Shown piece after piece: positions 58,795-64,000 of a DNA stretch of 64,000 nt. Each line of letters begins with the position of its first letter. Position 1 is the stretch's first letter. The position numbers and the translations under genes are program-made. The notes under the pieces are model-generated. The model was not told the origin of the DNA and ran no database searches. It worked only from the letters and a program-made list of their open reading frames with translations. The stretch is from Azolla caroliniana (taxonomy: Eukaryota; Plantae; Polypodiophyta): the NCBI GenBank assembly GCA_043228905.1, contig JBHGNT010000009.1, forward strand, positions 1,922,001 through 1,986,000, given 5' to 3'.

Positions 58795-60367
58795 CAGTGG
58801 CATCTAGTGAATTAATATAAGAAAGAGTATATGAAATATATAATAGAGAGGTGAGGAGATTGGGTTTTGAACCCATGATGCAGTGCTTGTAGTGTTAAGA
58901 ACTTACCACTAGGGTAAGGTATTACGAGAAAAAGAGAGAGAGAGAGTTGTGTGATGGATAGAGTGTTAACATTGTAGTTCTTTTCACATAATTAATATAG
59001 TTGTGTGTTTTCATGAAGAAAAGAAAGATAAGAGGAATATCAAACACTAAGAGTAGTGGACAAAGCAAAAGCACTATATTCACAATTGTTACAACAATAA
59101 ACAATACAATACAAGAATTTCACTCAAACCAATAGACTATCTCCTTTTACAATTAGGACTAGAGGTCCCATAAAGATTCAGCCATCTGGCCTTGTTTCTT
59201 AGTGTGTGCTATTTACTATAATTATTCAATAGCAAAATATCGACACTCACAACATGCATCAATGAAATCTATCAACGTTGATGAAAGATAAAGCTTGATT
59301 GGTACTAACGGTGTCATTTTATTGGAAGATTACTCAAACCATACGATGATGAAATTTAGTGTTGGACACAAAATGAGAATTCCATCTTTAGTCTATATGA
59401 AAGTATGTTTTTGACAATGTCTTTACAACGTTTGCTGGATTGATGAACTAATCTTGTTTCAAAGATTGACGAATAGCTTCATATTTTTTACTAATTCATG
59501 GCAAACATACTTTTGCTTACTGTGATTGAGGATGATGTTGGGTAAAGATTCCTTCCATGTTGAATCTTTAAATCTATTGAGATTATTATGTTGCAATTTT
59601 CAACATCACTAATCAGGGTTTCTCACTCTTTCAATAGGTTTTACCCTTCTCATTGTATAATATAGTGTTTCATTTATGTAGGCATTATGATCTATTGTAC
59701 AATTTGAGTATGAAAAACATGTTCATGTTTGATGGCTCCCAACAATTGATTTCATTGTTCTGGCAATCAAACTTTGTAGGAGTTGCCTTAATGCTAAGGT
59801 ATTCTTGCACCACCTTTGAGTGTTTACCTAGCCATAAGATCCTCACTATTTTGTGGATACTTGTGGTTCATATGTATTGCCATGTCATTTTAATATTGAT
59901 ACACTACATTTTATGAAAACATAAAAAAGAGAACATTGGATTTGAAAGTGATTCTCACACTTGCAAACGTGTTCATGCAAAATATGCTTTGGGATCATAC
60001 ACAGAAAAGAAACGGGAGATAAATGCACGACACAGAAACGAGAAGAGTACACAGGATGTTTACGTGGAAAACCCCAACTAGGGAAAAAACCACGACAGCC
60101 CACAGGTTGCAAACTATCACTATGTTAGAATGTACAACAGTGAGTTCATGGAACCAACGACCTCATGCTCACGATCTTCGCCATAGGCGGCGGTTTCAAC
60201 AGAGGCAACGACCTCGTTCTCACTCTCTCTCTCTGTACACAGTTCCACTAAAAGTTTGCCCTAAGTCATATTTATACTAATATGACTTTTCGGCTATTTA
60301 CAAATATAGCCATTATGGACTCTCAGAAACATATTTACGAATATGTCTCTTCATCCGATGAGCACTC

Positions 60368-60529
60368 CTCACCGGGTCTGCACCATCCGGCTCTCCGTAG
60401 CCGGGTACTCCTCATCCGGTTCTCACCGGGTCTGCACCATCCGGCTCTCCGTAGCCGGGTACTCCTCATCCGGTTCTCACCGGATCTGCACCATCCGGCT
60501 CTCCGAAGCCGGGTACTCCTCATCCGGTT
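60368..60529. repeat. 3 x 54-bp tandem repeat in the Copia U3
   Basis: TCACCGGGTCTGCACCATCCGGCTCTCCGTAGCCGGGTACTCCTCATCCGGTTC x3; related repeats at 42108-42257. Confidence 0.9.
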
Positions 60530-62257
60530 CCGGGCACTGTTCTTCTCCCTTCCCATCCGGAGGGACCTGTCTTCCAACAAACTCCCCCTTCACTCCGGCA
60601 TGGGGTGTCTTACTAGTCTGATCCTCTTCCGGCATGCATCCAGCTTGTCGGGTATCAGCACTTTGGTCAGCATATCTGACCCGTTCTCGGCCCTGTGGAT
60701 CTTCGTCAGTACAAACTCCTGGTCATCTACTCTTTCCCAGATCCAGTGATATCTTCGTTGGATATGCTTCGTCCGGGAATGGTAGGTCGCATTCTTAGCA
60801 AGGTGGATGGCACTTTGACTGTCACAATAGAGTCGGTATTCATCTTGCCGGATACCGAGCTCTCCGATGAAGTCCGTCATCCATAATATTTCCTTGCCGG
60901 CTTCCACAGCCGCCATGTACTCCGCCTCCATGGTTGACAATGCAACTGTCTTCTGCAGCCTCGACTACCACGAGACAGCTCCCCTTGCATATGTCATTAC
61001 ATACCCGGATGTAGACCGGCTGGTATCCACATCAGTCGACATGTCCGAATCGGTGAAACCGTCAAGTTGAGGTTTTCCGGAGCCGAATCGGAGACACATA
61101 TTTGAGGTGCCGTTCAAATACCGGAGTATCCATTTGACCGTGTTCCAATGCTCCTTGTCGGGATTGCTCATAAACCGGCTCACCACTCCGACTGCGTATC
61201 CTATATCCGGTCGGGTACACACCATTGCGTACATCAAGCTCCCGACGGCAGAGGTGTATGGAATCTTCATCATATCCGCCTTCTCTGCTTTCGTCTTCGG
61301 GCTTTGCTTACCGGATAGCCTGCAGTTTGCTGGAAGTGTCGATCCGACTGGTTTCGCATCTGACATGTTGAACCGCTGAAGCACCTTTGTCACGTACTTC
61401 TCCTGTGACAACCATAATTGCTTCATTGACCGGTTCCGAATAATATGCATCCCCAGCATCTGTCTTGCCGGACCCAAGTCTTTCATTGAGAAGGTCCGGT
61501 TGAGAGCCTTCTTCAGCATCCGTATTTTGGCTTGGTCTCGTCCGACGATCAACATACCGTCCACGTACAGAAGGAGTATCAGGAAGTCGCCTCCTTCGAA
61601 CTTCTTCACAAACACGCAGTGATCGGCCTGCGTCTTGTGGTACCCTTGATCGGTCATGAAGGAATCGAACTTCCGGTACCATTGTCAAGGAGCCTGCTTT
61701 AGTCCGTACAGGCTCTTCTTTAGCCGGCATACCAGGTGCCCCTTCCCTTTCTCCACAAATCCCTCCGGTTGCTGCATGTAAATCTCCTCTTCGAGGTCGC
61801 CGTGAAGGAATGTCGTCTTCACGTCCAGCTGTTCTACCTCGAGGTCCATGCTTGCCGCTATACTCAGCACCGTCCGGATGGAGGTCATCTTTACTACCGG
61901 GGCAAATATCTTGTCAAAGTCCACACCCTTTTTCTGCTGGAACCCCTTCACCACGATCCTGGCTTTGTATCTCGGGGGGTTGCCGGCGTCTCCCGGTTTC
62001 AACTTGTACACCCACTTGTTTCGAAGTGCCCGTTTTCCTTTCAGCAACTCCACAAATTCATACGTATGGTTCTCATGCAGGGAATCCATCTCATCCTGCA
62101 TGGCACTTAACCATTTGTGGTTGTGGGTGTCATCCTTCGCTTCTTCGAAGCTTTCCGGCTCCCCCTCATCGGTCAGCAGAACATGCTCTGCATCCGGAAA
62201 TCTCTGGGGCACCCTTCTCTCTTTGAGGGGATATCTCCGTCTTCGGGCTTCGGTAAC

Positions 62258-62681
62258 TATCACGGTATGGCAAGACTTGAACCCATGACCTTATGCTACA
62301 TGGGTCGAGCTCTTACCATTAGACTATGAATTGTAATTTGTAGGATATTATTTTCATTTATGCTTTATCATAGAAAATTGATGTATATTCCAGATCTCTC
62401 TAGAACATTCTAGAAGCTTCAGGATTATTCCTAAAAACACTATAGAAGGAGGCACGAGGCATTGTTTTGAACCAAATTGGTTCAACACCAGTCTTAAGCC
62501 TCTTAGCCGATTTGTACTTATCTTTCATATAATATAAGAGCTGCTGTCATCATCCTATCTCTCTCTCTCCTCTTCTCACTTCCTCTCTCTCGGGAATCTT
62601 ACGCAGTCCCATCCTCTTAGTACTAATAGTACTACTCTTCTTAGTACTAATTCCATCTCTGCTTTAGTACTATTCTTGACA
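62258..62681 (+). mobile_element. Family B solo LTR inserted in Copia pol
   Basis: Reverse complement of the B LTR; TSD GTAAC (62253-62257 and 62682-62686). Confidence 0.92.
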
Positions 62682-64000
62682 GTAACCGGCTCTTCCATTT
62701 GCTCTTCATCTGAATCCGATTCGGGGTCTTGGCCGGTTCCGGTTTCAACTTCCTCCACTTCTTCTTCAGCCTGTTCGGTATCCTCACCGTAACCGGCTAG
62801 TCGTTCGAGTGCTAACCGGTCTCTTGCCGGTTGGGTCTGCTCATCGTAGAGTCGATCCTTACCGGTCGACTCGGAGTTCATTATCTTCTTCTCCGACTCC
62901 CAGTCGGCGAGCGTCTTGTCCTCCATGAAGATAATATCTTGACTCCGGAATACCTTCTTGTCGACTAGGTCCCACACTCGGTAGCTGAACTCGTCGTCAC
63001 CGTAACCGAGGAATATGCATGGCCGGGTCTTTGGATATAACTTTCCTCTCCGGTCCTTAGCTACATGCACGTACGCGAGACACCCGAACACCTTCAGATG
63101 CCGGTAGGATACTTCCTTACCGGTCCATACTCTTTGTGGTGTGTCTCCGTCCAAGGGTACTGAGGGTGATCTATTTATCACATCTGCCACCGTCGACAAT
63201 GCCTCAGCCCAAAACTTCTTGGGTAGTTTTGCATGTGCTAGCATACTCCGGACCCTCTCCATTATGGTCCGGTTCATCCTCTCGGCCAGTCCGTTTAGTT
63301 CCGGCGTCTTCGGCACGGTAAATTCGAGTCGGATTCCCTTCGAGCGGCAGTACTCCTCGAACTGCCCCCGGTATTCTCCTCCGTTATCTGCTCGAACCGC
63401 CTTCAGCTTCCGGCCGGTTTCTCTTTCCACTCTCGCGTGGAGCTCTTTGAAGATGGATAGCACCTGATCCTTCGTCTTCAACGGCGTGGCCCACAGCTTC
63501 CGGCTGTGGTCATCTATGAACGTCACGAAGTACTGCGCTCCGGCATGTGACTTCGTGTCTACTTGACACACATCCGTATGCACCAACTCCAGTGGTGCAT
63601 CACGTCTCATCGATGGCCTTGGTCGAAAGGAGGTCCGGTTTTGCTTACCGGCCAGACAATCAGTGCACTTCTCCAAGTGCACGTTCTTCACTGGAATGAG
63701 GTTGTCGTCTGCAAGCCTCTTCATCCCCTTCTCGCTCATATGACAGAGCCTCTTGTGCCACAGCTCACCAGCAGTGTCGGATGCCACGTTCACTTCTTCC
63801 GGACATAACCGGGCATTCATCAGGTACAGTGTGTTGACCTTCTGGGCCCGAGCCACAATCAGGCTCCCTTTGCTGAACTTCATGACATCGTTCCGGATGC
63901 TACCCGTGTAGCCTTCATCATCTAGCCGACCGGCTGATATCAGGTTCAGACGAACCTCCGGAACGTGTCGGACATCCTTCAGCAGCAACTTGCATCCGGT

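Larger units (their letters stand above)
59995..64000 (-). mobile_element. Ty1/Copia element G (Tnt1/Tork-like); continues beyond the window
   Basis: Pre-integrase LWHKRLCH, INT (62576-63988), RT (60965-62263), RH (60590-60940), PPT 60580-60591, 3' LTR 59995-60579 with truncated U5. Confidence 0.94.

Overview
Gene-free, eukaryotic heterochromatin-type DNA from a land plant; the retroelement repertoire suggests a seed-free plant such as a fern, lycophyte or bryophyte (inference). It is almost entirely nested retrotransposons. The core is a four-level nest with resolvable target-site duplications (TSDs). Tcn1-like chromovirus B (6992-40028) contains Gypsy C1 (10164-17152) and non-autonomous D (18292-38730). 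D contains C2 (20177-35828), and C2 contains a young, nearly intact Athila-like Gypsy E (21885-31748). Also present: rearranged Tcn1-like family A copies, Copia elements and solo LTRs, an L1-type LINE with a hAT MITE, a degraded second LINE and an RPL30 processed pseudogene. Main observations: (1) element E has no polypurine tract and instead carries a tRNA-3'-end sequence next to its 3' LTR, giving a PBS-like site at both ends and suggesting tRNA priming of both DNA strands. (2) Tcn1-like LTRs carry an antisense tRNA-like Pol III A/B-box cassette, heat-shock elements and self-priming complementarity with recurrent fold-back junctions. (3) The tRNA-Trp-primed C/D family inserts repeatedly at an oriented ACGG 4-bp target. 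All alignments were made by eye and tRNA identities are recalled from memory, not searched.
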